This document shows positions 14,222 to 27,402 of a stretch of DNA of 64,000 bases, piece after piece. Source of the DNA: Dimorphilus gyrociliatus (taxonomy: Eukaryota; Animalia; Annelida). Made by a program: the position numbers and the translations under genes. The notes beneath the pieces were generated by a model. It was given only the letters and a program-made list of their open reading frames with translations. It did no database searches and had not been told where the DNA came from. The stretch covers positions 496,001 to 560,000 of the forward strand of contig CAJFCJ010000018.1 in assembly GCA_904063045.1 (NCBI GenBank), given 5' to 3'. Position 1 is the stretch's first letter. Every line of letters starts with the position of its first letter.

Positions 14222-16254
14222 ATGGTTACTCGCTATATCCCTCAAATTCTGGCCCTAGGAGTTGCTCTTGTTATTGTGAAGCTCTATGGACCGTCTTTCA
14301 ATCGCGAAGCAACTACCATAGAGGATATCAAGGAATATTACGATTATATCATCGGTTAATCAAATATGATAAATATATTTTATTTGTATTTTTAAAATGT
14401 TTTTTTTCTAAAGTTGGTGGTGGAACATCCGGAGCGGTTCTTGCAAGTAGGATAACTGAAGATGAAGACAAAAAGGTTCTTTTAATCGAAGCAGGAGAGG
14501 ATCAAGCACAAAATCCGGATGTAAACATTCCAATAATGGGAGAAAAAGTAAGGGGTTCAGAATTGGACTGGAATTATGAAACTATACCTCAGAAATATGC
14601 TTGCAAATCACACATCAATAGAGTAAGACAGGTTTTAATAGTGTCTTAATAACGCTATATAAAAATATTTAAGGTTGCATTGTGGCATTGCGGCAAAGGA
14701 TTAGGAGGAACTTCGAACATAAACTATATGCAGTATCACAGGGGCTCGAGACATGATTATGATTTATGGGCTGCTCAAGGAGCTACTGGTTGGTCTTTCA
14801 AAGACGTTCTGCCCTATTTTATTAAATCGGAAGATAATCGTAATGGCGATTACGTCAGAACGGTTTTCCACGGCTTTGGTGGGCGGTTAACAGTGCAAGA
14901 TACAATTCTTTCACCAGTGACACAAATTATGACCCTAGCTTTTAAAGAATTAGGGATTGAAAAAAAAGATATTAATGGAAAGAGTCATTTTGGTTATGCA
15001 CATAGCCAGGCAACAATTCGGAATGGAATTCGTTGGTCGACTGACAAAGCATTTTTAAAGAGAGCAATGTTTAAAGATAATTTAGATGTCATAACTGGAG
15101 CATTTGTCACTAAAATTTTAATCGAAAATAAAAAAGCAACTGGAGTTTCGTTTCGGCACAACGGAAAACAGAGGAAAGTACGTGCCAAGAAAGAAGTCAT
15201 TGTCAGTGCTGGGACGATTGGATCTGCGAAACTTCTCCTTCTATCGGGAATCGGACCCAGAAAACACCTAGAAGCCCTTAAAATACCTGTCATTGCGGAT
15301 CTTCCTGTTGGCGAAAATTTGCAAGATCAAGTTCAAACAGATGCTATAGAATTCTTTACTAGACATCATGTTTCAATTACAGCCGCACGATCAGAAAATT
15401 TCTTGTCTTCGTGGGCTTACACTCTTTTCGGTACAGGAATGAAAATGAGTCCAAGATTTCGAGAAGGAACTGCTTTTATTAAGGTTAGGCAACAACCTCC
15501 TCATATTCGTTATCCATTAATAGCTTTGCAAGTAATAGCGAATGTTGCAACTTATAGTTCTGAACAACTTAATATAGATTCAGACACTTGGGGTGCTATG
15601 CATGATGATCTTCCCAGTAAAGAAGGATTCAGTATTTATCCAATTCTTTTACATCCAAGGAGTAGAGGAACAGTTAAGCTAAGGAGTACTAATCCCGAAG
15701 ATCCTCCTCTGATTAATCCTAATTACTTAGCTGATGATGCAGATGTAAAAATCCTAGTAGAAGCGATACAATTTGTCCGTTCAAAATTGGCAGATACTAA
15801 AGTATTAAAAGATTGGGACTTTCAGTTAAGCGACAAAATTCTTCCTGATTGCTCGGAACATGGCAATTTCACCAACCAGTATTGGGAATGCTTCGTGAGG
15901 CATATAACATTATCAGGTGCTTCTCCAGTGGGAACTTGTAAAGTAGGCGCAATTGGGGATCCCACAGCTGTTGTCGATCCTCTCTTGAGAGTCAGAGGTA
16001 TAAAGGGGCTCAGAGTAATTGATGCTTCGATAATACCAAAGTCAGTCAGTGGCAATACGTATGCCACACAAGTTATGCTTGCTGAGAGGGCTTCCGATTT
16101 GATCAGAGAAAAAGACACCGTGAAAAAAATTAAGGATTATTTTAAACATCTTATTTCTGTCAAACATGAGAAATTTAAGGATGAAGACAGTGAAAACATT
16201 GATAGTAAAGCTGCAAAAGAAAAAAAGAAGGGAGAGAAATCAAAAAACAAATGA
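14222..16254 (+). CDS. GMC (glucose-methanol-choline) oxidoreductase-like protein with N-terminal signal anchor
   Basis: ATG 14222 MVTRYIPQILALGVALVIVKLYG; YDYIIVGGGTSG..VLLIEAG (FAD Rossmann motif), GKGLGGTSNIN, SAGTIGSAKLLLLSGIGP, VGENLQD, GLRVIDASIIP. Three coding exons, the last about 1.58 kb. Confidence 0.93.
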
Positions 16255-16360
16255 AGATATAGAATAAATATAGCTATAGGTTGATCGACACCTGGTATAT
16301 TTAGATAGTGATTTTTATTCATAAAATTTCCACTTTTTCCTGTATTTTGCTAATAACAAT

Positions 16361-17466
16361 GTAGATGGCGCTACACATCCCCTTTTAAGTGACTATGGAT
16401 TATCTAACCATAATCCCTTAAAATGAACTATGTATTCAATGAACAATGCAGTTACCCTTTCCTTCCACTGACAAGCAAAAATTTACCAAACAACCTGTAA
16501 TCTGAAATATATTTTAAGTAACAGTTATTTAAAATAGAAAATTCATTCTTATGAATAGCAAGCTCAAACGCAGATTTTTTAAATCTAATTTTTTTTGTTT
16601 TCAAAGAAATGAACGCAAAGAATTTTAAAAAAAGATGTTATGTGAACATATAGACCAAATGAATTATTCTACAACTCGGTACTTCTTAGGAATATTTTTG
16701 TATTCGGTTTATCCAAAAATAATCTACACAACATCAACAAAACAATGCTTTAATATAAAACATTTGGAGCCAACATATACACCATTCGCGTGTGACCCTT
16801 TTTTCTTCTGATTCATTAGTATAGCTAAAACAGTGCGATAAAGACAATTTTCGAAATCGCTAGAAAAGTTAAATCTATCAAAATTCACATTCTAATATGT
16901 CAACAAAAAAGTATGCAATATTCATAATAGTTATATATTTCTCAATAGATGGCGCTATAATAAAAAACAAATATATATTCTTCTATTGGCTTGATTATGC
17001 TAAATAAAAAAATAACACACAATTTATAAAGCAAACTATCATTTTACATCATTTACAATGTGTCTTTGCATTGAAAAACTAAATGAATAAATAAAAGCAA
17101 ATATACATTTATAGTGTAAAAATAAATAACCATATGTACATGAAAGAGGAAAAATTATAAACATTCATAAATTAATCTAAATAGGTGAATATATGATCAT
17201 AATTTTTTCTCCTATTTATTCACTCAGCAGCTTGCTTAGTTCTCTTCGTTTTTATCAATAGGAAGACGTCGTTTTACGTCCGTCATTAAATTGCTCTAAC
17301 GGAACGCATACATGATGAATATTGCAGAGTATATGGAAATAGAATCACAGCAAATTGGTGTGAACACTTAACTAAAAGATTTGACATTTAAAATTATTAA
17401 GTAACGTAGACAAATAGTAAAATTAGACATTTGAATAACAGTTCAGCATATCGTTAGATGGCGCTA
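16361..17466 (+). promoter_or_regulatory. Three direct copies of TAGATGGCGCTA (CTCF-like core)
   Basis: Identical 12-mers at 16362-16373, 16946-16957 and 17455-17466, between the convergent GMC and zinc-finger genes. Confidence 0.6.
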
Positions 17467-17725
17467 GGCACTATTATATATCTATTTTTCCAAGTAAATG
17501 CCTCTCTTTTAAATCATAATGTTGTAGACTCCGTCACAAGTGTGTGCCAGAGAGATCTATATTGACCTTGGATGTTTTAGACTTCAGTGTCCCGTTCCCA
17601 GAGCTTTTCAATCAATAACAACCGTACAGTCATCAAAATATATCCCTAAGCGCCCCATTGACAAACAGGATATGAATCGGTAGCCAATGCAGCTACATAT
17701 TATAGACCTATAAACCTATGCTTTT

Positions 17726-18517
17726 TCAAAATCTGGACGATGAAAGGACGTCTTCTAAGAGACGGTCAACTTGGTCCGTGTCATGTTTTAAAGTCCTTTC
17801 TAAATTCAAATCAGGCGTTAAAACCGAAAGCATTCGAACAACATTTTTCCGTAAAAATTTGAGACGTCTTGCATGTTCACAATCAGTTTCTGAATGTGTG
17901 GACATTAGATCTACACCCTTACTCCCAGGAAACTGGTCTGTGGAAAGAAACGGTGGTGTTAAAAGTGATCCTAGTCCGCCAAAAAATTTTGGTTCAACCA
18001 GAGACGGGTTCGGAAAAAAAGTTGGTGGTGGTAACAAGGATATAGGAGGTGGGATGGGAGGAGTTCGCCTTGTTATTTTTAAAACATCCGTTCTTTTATC
18101 CAAATTATAATAAATCATTTGGGCTCCATGTCTTGACCGAATGTGAGATTTCAGCAGATGACCCTGTGTATATCGCATTCCACAGGCCCCACACCAATAA
18201 GGGCGTTCGCCTGTATGAGTTCTTCTATGAACAGCTAAGTTTGACTGGTGTCTTGTTGCATATGCGCAATCATCGCATTTATATACTTTCGGAGGAGTTA
18301 TCTCTGACGATGTTGTTTCGGCTTCAGGATTTTCAGAGGTATCGTCTTCCATAATCGGAATTGGTGATGGTGAAACTCCTTCTCCATTTAACCACACACA
18401 TGGAAAGGTTCTTGGGGTAACATCGTCGTCATCTTCAGCTGTTTTGTCTTTTAATCTTGCAATTGTATCTAATAATTTCAAGGGCTGTGAGTCACTTTGT
18501 TTAGCAGCCAGAATCAT
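17726..18517 (-). CDS. C2H2 zinc-finger protein (two fingers, TGERPY linker) with a Pro-rich linker and a MORC3-like C-terminal helical segment
   Basis: Single 263-aa coding exon: CDDCAYATRHQSNLAVHRRTH-TGERPY-WCGACGMRYTQGHLLKSHIRSRH. All three frames after the upstream acceptor (about 18537) hit stops, so ATG 18517 is the start. Confidence 0.88.
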   Translation of the reverse strand: MILAAKQSDSQPLKLLDTIARLKDKTAEDDDDVTPRTFPCVWLNGEGVSPSPIPIMEDDTSENPEAETTSSEITPPKVYKCDDCAYATRHQSNLAVHRRTHTGERPYWCGACGMRYTQGHLLKSHIRSRHGAQMIYYNLDKRTDVLKITRRTPPIPPPISLLPPPTFFPNPSLVEPKFFGGLGSLLTPPFLSTDQFPGSKGVDLMSTHSETDCEHARRLKFLRKNVVRMLSVLTPDLNLERTLKHDTDQVDRLLEDVLSSSRF

Positions 18518-18802
18518 TTTAACTTCTTTTAATCACTAGAATGTAAAAAACAAATTGATTTTTAACTTAGCTTTAGAATTACAAAGTCACATAAATGATC
18601 TGCAATTACAACTTCATTCGCGATCCAAATATTTTACTGGAAGTGAGATCATATATTCATGTGAGAGCAATGTCACTTGCAATTGACTATGAAATACTAT
18701 TTTATCCGGAACGTACGATATGGAATATTCACACAATAAAAACGCATATACTGAATGCGCCATAACATATTATATATGTGCAGAAATATATAAATATATA
18801 TA

Positions 18803-18805
<3 letters not shown>

Positions 18806-18842
<37 letters not shown>

Positions 18843-21828
18843 TATATACAGCATAGATAAATATGATGTGTTTGGATAATATATTTGTACATAATGGCTA
18901 TTTTTATCTGTTATACCTGTGTCTTTCTTGCTCATTACGCTGCGTAGAATGTACAAGCGAACGCATGATAAACAGCATGCTGGCATATATATTTATAGTA
19001 CATAGTATGCCATATATACAATACAGTAAAACAGTTATAAATAGTTTATACTGATTTTTCTATTTGGTCCTAAGTTAAGCTGAAACAACTTTAGTATTCG
19101 ACCAACGATATACTATTACTATTATAAGTAAAATGGAAAACGCAATAGTCTATAACAGATTAATTAAGATTGCACAACTGAGATGGTAGCTTATCAAAAC
19201 AGTTCTAATTTTGTCTCTAACCCTATTTGTAGCTTGAAAAATCTCAGTTGTGCTAGATTTACTATATGAACTTAAAACTTTCGATGAGCACAATAGCGAC
19301 AGGAGATGATTTTGGCATTATTTTCTTGGTCACGTGGTAATGCGTTAGTCGCCATTTTAACGTCATGAACTCAACGAATCGAAAGTTCACTTATCCATAA
19401 ATTATTCACAGTACAGTTATAGAATTGAGCTATATAAGCTTATTGCAAATAATCCCAAACGTATATATACATCATATATATTCAGCATACACTGAGGAGG
19501 TCGCTCTTAAAATATGCACTAGGCGTTTCATATGTACGAATAAAAGCTATTTTTCTAATAATTGTAACGTTTCCTTGTATTCAAAGGCTAATCATTGTAT
19601 GGTATAAAAAGCCATGTACTTTTAAAATAATATTTCTATCCAACAGTGTAGGAGTTTAATCTTTGATACTGAGAGAGAGAGACTTTCACCTTAATCTTCG
19701 TAAAAATCTCATAGACGATACTTAAATTTTAAAATTTAACACTTTCTCACAGCACCTGCTATGAATAACGTTGCAGTTGATGCGGAACGGGATCGTAACA
19801 ACCAATCACAGTCAAACACAACTGAACAATGCAGTCTTTGTTATGCATTGATCCTTTCAAACGCACCGCATTAGTCAATCAGTCATGTACACATACTTTG
19901 TTTATTACGTCAACAACTTTTCAAGTCGAGCTGCACACACACATACAATATATATATATATATATATATATATTTATGCAAAATGATATCGGAAATATTT
20001 AAATGTATTGGAGCTTTGCATATTACATACTTAATAATAATGCATGTTTACTAAAAACAAAATATGAGGCTAAAGATCTATTTAAATATACGCCTAATTA
20101 AAAAAAACAATCAAAGTGATATAATAATTATAATTATTGAATTATCAAAATTGAAAGGTAAAATAGTCGACAAGGAGCAATCCAAATTAAATGCGTGATA
20201 GGATAACTTTTTGAAAAAATCATTGTCGTGCAAAATTCTTAAAGACAAAATAAAGAAGCCAATTAAGAAGCAAAAACTAGTCTTACATTATTTTAATTAC
20301 CAAAATTTGCTTTTCAGTCGTGCTTTACGAAAAAGTAAATTTTTTTAACCAATTTGAAAATTCGAGATTAAAGTTGCAGAATAATTTAGAAAACAGTACA
20401 AAATTTTTCCAGCTATAGTTAACTAAAAATCTTTTAAAAGTAAAAAAAAAACTCATTGTTCTTTTGCTTAAATCGTATAGAGTCATGTTGGATATATTAA
20501 TATATATATATATTAAGTTTGGTAAATATTCCTTAACCACTAGCTTGATAAAAAACTATAATGTCATGGAAGAATGACAAAGATTCTCGTGCTCTTGCTA
20601 AATTGTTTAATTTTATAAACCTGATTTTCTGATTTACTTTAATTAGTTGAAAGAAATTTCGTTCAGTGATGCAGAAAATGGAATTTACATCAAAATAGAA
20701 ACTTTCATTTGTAATTTGCTTGAATTCATTTCGTTTATTATTTTTATCACTTGATATAAATTTTGTGATAAATGCATAAGTTCAAAACTACATAAATAAA
20801 AGGTTCTAGATATTTTAACTTGAGTAAGTAAATTATTAGACTATTGAATAGCTCACTTCAATTGACAGTTTTTGAAAGGAAATAAGTGAACTTTTCGAGA
20901 AATTGATTATTCGGCGACTTTGTGAATAAATTGTTCTTATTTCCTACGATTGCATGAGCTTAATCTGTTCAATTGAATTATCATCATAATGCCCCAAGCG
21001 CGTGTATTGCAGTTTTGTTCTTATATTTTACTTTCATTTGCAGTTGCACGCCATCGTTTATTATTTATTGCCTTTACATATGAATATCTATATTTATATA
21101 ATACCAGACGCGTGTAATGTAAATATATATGCATACGTTCGTTTCCGATTGCATATATATATATATATACATATATTTATAAATATATACTGCATATACA
21201 TAGCCTATAAATGAATAATTTTCATTCTAATTTTATATACAATTATAAATACATAATTAGAAGTGTCAGTTGTACATTTCCTCAAACTATCAAATATATA
21301 TATATATATTTAATATATTTATTTTCGAAAGCAACTAAAGCAGCCAGCATGTAGCCAACAATAATTGCTTCAACTAGTCTTTCTAATGATCTACATTTAC
21401 GTACCCTTGTGCTCTGCAAAGCACCAGATCTTGCATCAACAATAAAACAAATAAATAAATAATAAATTATTATATGCAGGACACATTCTAAAATACTTAT
21501 ATATTTACTGTGCATATACTGTCTCTATTTAGCTCTATATGTGCGCGTAACTTGTAATATATAAAAGAATGCACACACAATGCTGCAATATATACTAAAT
21601 CATGTATATAATTATCGGAAAATCGACGGCTTATCGGCACATAAAGGGAAAGGCGTTCAACAATACCCTGCTAATAAAATTATTCATGGAAATCCATATA
21701 CATTACAGTTATTGCAGTCGGTGATATTATAAACAGATGCGCATGTAGGAAATGATTCATTTCAGCCATATGGCTGTATAATACATACTTACATGCGCTC
21801 TATATATAAATATACAATAGATAAATCT

Positions 21829-21874
<46 letters not shown>

Positions 21875-22033
21875 GCATGAGTTATATGTATTTATATAAT
21901 ATCCTTTTTCAATATTTATAAATATAAAAACTTAATAATTTTACACGCTTTTTTTATCACATTATTTATAACTCAAAATGAAATGAAATACATACAAACA
22001 TACTTAACAAAAAATATTTATAGAGAAAAATGT

Positions 22034-22074
<41 letters not shown>

Positions 22075-22343
22075 AATATATTCTTATTTATATAATAATT
22101 GTTATATTTATTCATTCATATATTTATATTTATATATATTATTTATATTGTATACTGCATACATATACAGTGTATATTTAGATATGAATTATGCAAATAT
22201 TTGTGATTTGACGTTTCCTGCACTAATGTGTATTTGATATACATTCCACTTATCGTACAGACAGAAATTCGCGACATGTAAAATCGTATGGTGAAATTTT
22301 GAACTATGTGATATAAAATTGGATCTAATACATAATATATCAT

Positions 22344-22393
<50 letters not shown>

Positions 22394-23310
22394 ATAGCAT
22401 ATATAAATTATATATATACGAGCAATATACAGTACATAAATCTATATAAATATAAGACTTATATATACATGCATATATATATATATATATATATATTTAC
22501 AGATACGCATTCACCATGAATCACACGCCCTAAACAAAGAACTGGGCGTTTTTTTATTTTCACATATATAAATATAGAACGCTTATATTTATATAAACGG
22601 AAGGTGAAAATCAATGCTTAGCAGTAGGATCGAATAATTTAATTGCGAAACGAATTGAGTAAAGTGTATTATTGTTTGGGATTGTTATCATGCAAAATAC
22701 ATATATGGACGCGTGTTTTTTCTGACTGTTACACGAGTGTAGAATAAACAGAGTATAGAATCAACATGAAGAACTGTTTACAAATGAGTATAGTTTTTGA
22801 TAGAGCGTGTTGAGTTTTCACATTCGTGTTTATATACTGCCAAAGATGCTGGTTAGAGATTACCAGCACGAATAACGCTTTATAGAATATATATGTATAC
22901 ATATGCTATTTATATACTTTCTGGTTGGCATTCAGATGCACTTGCTTTAGCGAATGTTCAAAAGTTTTTCGAAAGTCAATTGAAACATTCACATTGTACA
23001 TACATAATGATGTATCATAACTTTCAATGAATGAAAATAAAATTGCAACGTTATTTGACATCTTTGTAATAAGATAACGATTAATCAACTTTGAATTGTG
23101 TACAGGTTTGTTACAAGAAAATCGTATTAGCCTCTCGCGCCAATATCTCAATTCATAATCAGCCCGACAAAACGCTATTATATATTATGCACAATCGTAA
23201 AAAGTATCAAATAAGGTAATCAAACGAAAAAGCTGCATGATTAATGTCTATTGCAGATTGAATCGATACTCCTATATATATAGTATATATATATATATAT
23301 ATATATATAA
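18806..23310. repeat. Cluster of (TA)n microsatellites
   Basis: Runs at about 18806-18838, 19948-19975, 21834-21871, 22036-22071, 22347-22389, 22473-22495 and 23271-23310; the only comparable run elsewhere is about 6578-6598. Confidence 0.9.
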
Positions 23311-25227
23311 GTATAAATACTTTTTTATTGCTTGATTTTTGTATTCACCATTTATAAGCGAAATTTGACTACATACTGTATATATTTGCCGCGATGCTAA
23401 GCTTTAAACTAATATTGACGAATTCTGCGTCTTAACTCGTGACACGCACGCGTTGTGATGGCAAAGCACACATTTTTTCTTTCACTCCATTTTTACATAT
23501 ATGTATTCTATACATATCATGTATGCGCATGGATGTTCGAGGTATGATAATTCACCAGCTAGGTTCGTCTATTGCTTAATGTATAATGTAAGTTGCTGGT
23601 TAATTTAGGTAAATGGAACATAAGAAAAAAAGCTGGTAAAATCTCCCTGTTAAAGTTTTAGCAGTGTTAAACGTTTAAAAAGGGAACTGTTCAAGAAAAT
23701 CAATACTGTTTAACACCGGCAAAGATGTACACTCGCTTGCACGCATATTATACAACATGACGCTTAATTACGTGTAATCATAAGAAAAAACCCTCTGGAG
23801 TAAATCTAATTAGAGAGAACAAAGAAGAAATTGGAAATTAACAAATGCTAAAATGCATTCTTATTTATTGATTTAATTATATAGGACTATATTTCTACGT
23901 CTGCATGGAAAATTTCGTTTCTAATATTAACGTAGCTCATGCATTACAAATCGCATTTACAATGCATATCCAAAGCTCATTAATCTATTAATAATCGCTT
24001 TTTATACTTATATAAATCCAAATTTACATGCTTTTTTCCAACGTCACGCAAATGCTATATTACATTATATTAACTCCATCCAGACGGTCTGCTCGCTTAT
24101 TTCTTCAAGAGTTCTGGACAGTTTTATGACTATGTATCAATATATCTAGGCCTTTACCTTTAATTATAAAGGTCTTGAATCGTTTAATTACCCTAATTAA
24201 ATCATTCCACCTGCTCTACACTTACCAGACATTTATAAAAGTTTTAAAAATTTCGAAATTAACAGTTAATAACTTTCCTACAGAGTGTTGAAAAAGGAGT
24301 TTTTTGTACGATTTGTAAAACAAAGAAAATTATCCTTGATTGCCTTTATATGCGTCATAATATTATTGTTCGAATAAGTATATTTAAAAACAAGAACCAA
24401 TGAATTTGCAAGTCCATTAATTTACTCATTAAAGTGCCGAAAAAGTACATTGAAATCAATACAATTTAAAAAAATTATATCAAACCTTAACGGTCCCATT
24501 GCTAAGCTTTTGATTTCCAAATTCTCAAGAATTCGAAGATTCGACTGCATCGCTAGCGCTCAATCCGCCATAAGAAACAAATCCCAAAATGCAGTTTTAG
24601 TCGGGTTTTGATTCGAACTCGAAATACATTTATCGGTTAGAGTTGGGATTAATGAACCGTACAACAATTTAGATGCTCTTTTGATGCTGAAAATTTACAT
24701 GTATATTATATGTATGTATCATATTTATTTGATAAAATCTACGGCGATAGCAAAGACATTGTGAGATATCTATATTTTTGACCCCTATTGAATTCTCTTG
24801 GCGTATCATAACTTCAAACTTCAAAAACACAAAAAAGGCTTAGGGTCACGTAATCCCAACTTTAGCCCCTAACTTTTAAAGAATATTAATGGTTGAAATG
24901 CAATTTGCTTTGTTTTCGGCTGGAATCTCCAAAACTCAACTACCACAAATAAATGACCTTTTTGCTCATTTAACCGTGTGGGGTCTTTATATACTTCCCC
25001 AGAGTAGTATTTTTTTTCTATAAACCAAAAATCACTTTAAAACTAAAATATTAGTGAAAAACCGGTAGTCATTTCAAATTATATTTATACTACAGGTGGC
25101 GTTCATAAAAAGGTTTATTGACGATATCCACAACATAAGAACGAGATTTACAACATTAAACAGTCGAATTATCGTCCACTATTTTTAAGTGTTTTATTTC
25201 TATCCGTGAAGTAGTAGCAGCAGGAAT

Positions 25228-27402
25228 ATGCCTGAAATTGAAATTGAAAGAATAATTTCAGTATCAAGTGAAGATCAAGTAAGATATACATTTTTCAAAC
25301 ATAAAAAAAAATTATGATGTATATTGCACCGAACAGAAATTTCCCGCAAAAAATCTCCTACGAAAAGACGGCTCTAAATGGCAAAATCAGTGCGGGAAAA
25401 AGGCAAGCATAATCTTCAAGGTTTGTTCAAGTAGTTCATATGTATGTTATACCATTTATACTGCGAAACTGCAGCTGAAAGAGGAGTCTTTAATCACTTC
25501 AATTCACATTGGAAACAATGGTTCTGCCTTCGTAGAAGTATTGGTTGGAAAGTCGTCGTCCACTGAAGATAACAAAGTACAAAAATTTCTATTTACTGAT
25601 TCCAAATCATTGATAATTTTTATAGGTTATATTAGTTGCATCATCTTTCATGAGTCCTGTAGAGAGCAGATCAATGGATAATTCTCATAGAGTTAGGTTA
25701 TTTAATACAGATAATCTTTGCAAGACAGTCATTGACGAAAAGTGGGATAAGATTGAAGTTGTTTGTACTCAACCTTTTAATAAAGTTCGATTATTCTATT
25801 GGCATTTCTTCAATTTTTTTGTCATGAAATCTAATTCTTTCAGACAACTCCTTACGGATTGTCATTTATAAAATTTTTCTCTGAAGAACTTCCTGTCCCT
25901 CAGGTAGGTTATATTTTTAATATAATATAAATCTAAGTAAATATTTTTAAAAAATACCAATTAAACACGTTATATTAATCGGTATTTGGTTTATTTCCTC
26001 AAGCAAACGACTTTGGGATCTTTTAAATTATTATCAGATGACAATAGACAAAGCAGCTTTCGTCCTGGATCATTGTTTGCTAAGAGAAAGGAAAAACCTC
26101 TTTCCCCTCCACTCTCAGCAGCAGCTGAAGCACGTGATATTTCCCGGCATATTGAAGGATGTGACCATCAAACTGTGCCATCTAAGGTACGAATTTGCCA
26201 TTCTTTCAGTCCCTGTGTATATAAAATTATCGCTTTACAGCAAGAAAGAAATACTATTAAAGAAAAAACTTCGAGAGTCTTCGAACCAAAGCAAAAAACC
26301 ACACTTGATCAGGGAAACAAAACACACAAGACTTTAGGAAGTAAAAAACATTCCTGATTTGATATATTTTAATATAATACAAAACCTTTATTAGGAAATA
26401 GCAATAAAAAAGAAAGATCCTTTGGTCAGCTAATGGAAAAAGTAACATTTGTTCTGAGTGGTTTTCAAAATCCATTTAGAAGTAAAATTAGGCAACAGGC
26501 CATTGAGATGGGAGCTACTTATAAAGCAGATTGGTCCGCTAACTGCACACATTTAATGTTATTTATATCCCAAATGGAGTCAAGCAAATAATAATTTTAT
26601 AATTCACGTTTTAGATGTGCATTTAAAGACACACCAAAGTACAACTCAGTTCTTGGAAAAGGAAAAATTGTGAAGCATCACTGGATAGAAGACTGCTTTA
26701 AACAAAAAAAATTATTATCTTCGAAAAAATATCGTCTTGATTCAAGTAAAAGTGACAGTTCAGAGTCGGAAGATGATATACCATATAAAAAGAGAAAGCA
26801 ACAACCTGGTATAATAAGTAGACCCGAGACATCAAAACAGGCTGATAAAAGAGATTATCCTTCTGGTACAGTGCTTGCTTTTTGATATTTTTCATTCAAT
26901 GTAAGAAGTTTAGAATTAATTGAAATTTTTTTCAGACTTCTCATCTTCACTTGAAACAGATCAACCGAAGAGAAGAAGGTAGGTTAAAATTAAACGAAAA
27001 ACACTGCTTTAATTCTGCTGTTCATTAGCCAAACGAAGTTAACACAAAAAAATGATAGTACATCATCTGTCTTAAAAAATTTCTTTGAAGGAACTATATT
27101 TTTCATTCATGGAGATTTTCCTGAAACTGAAAGACAGCAAACGGAGAGATATATCATTGCTGCCGGCGGGTACGTTATTTTACAAACTTATTTAAAATTT
27201 AGCTTAAGTTTTCTATAGTGAAATTGAAGATCAAATATCAAGAAATACTGAATTTGTAGTCACAATGAATGAATATCGCAGAAACTTTGACGAAACAGCT
27301 AAAGGAAACTTAACAAATTTGAAGTTTATTAAACCACAATGGATTTTTGAATGTCATGACTCTGGGAAAAAAGTTGAATATCGAAAATTTGAAGTTAAAT
27401 GA
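25228..27402 (+). CDS. XRCC1: DNA repair protein XRCC1
   Basis: NTD MPEIEIERIISVSSED..IHIGNNGSAFVEVLVG..RVRLF..VVCTQPFNK..YGLSFI; BRCT1 VTFVLSGFQNPFRSKIR..THLICAF..HHWIEDC; BRCT2 YIIAAGG..FIKPQWIFECH; stop TGA 27400-27402. Confidence 0.95.

Noticed and set aside
16374-16386. CACATCC followed by a T-run, reminiscent of the 7SK closing stem (HEXIM is in the window)
   Set aside because: No upstream GGATGTG partner or GATC hairpin motifs at a suitable distance.
14994-18354. ORFs 14994-15293, 15822-16118, 17718-18110 and 18049-18354
   Set aside because: They lie antisense to the GMC and zinc-finger coding exons and have no recognisable motifs; shadow ORFs.
21282-21515. ORF with a plausible-looking segment (RSLERLVEAIIVG)
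   Set aside because: No consistent splice or start context; the zinc-finger exon cannot accept upstream coding sequence in any phase.
18729-22519. Several 60-85 aa ORFs rich in Tyr/Ile
   Set aside because: They are translations of (TA)n microsatellites.
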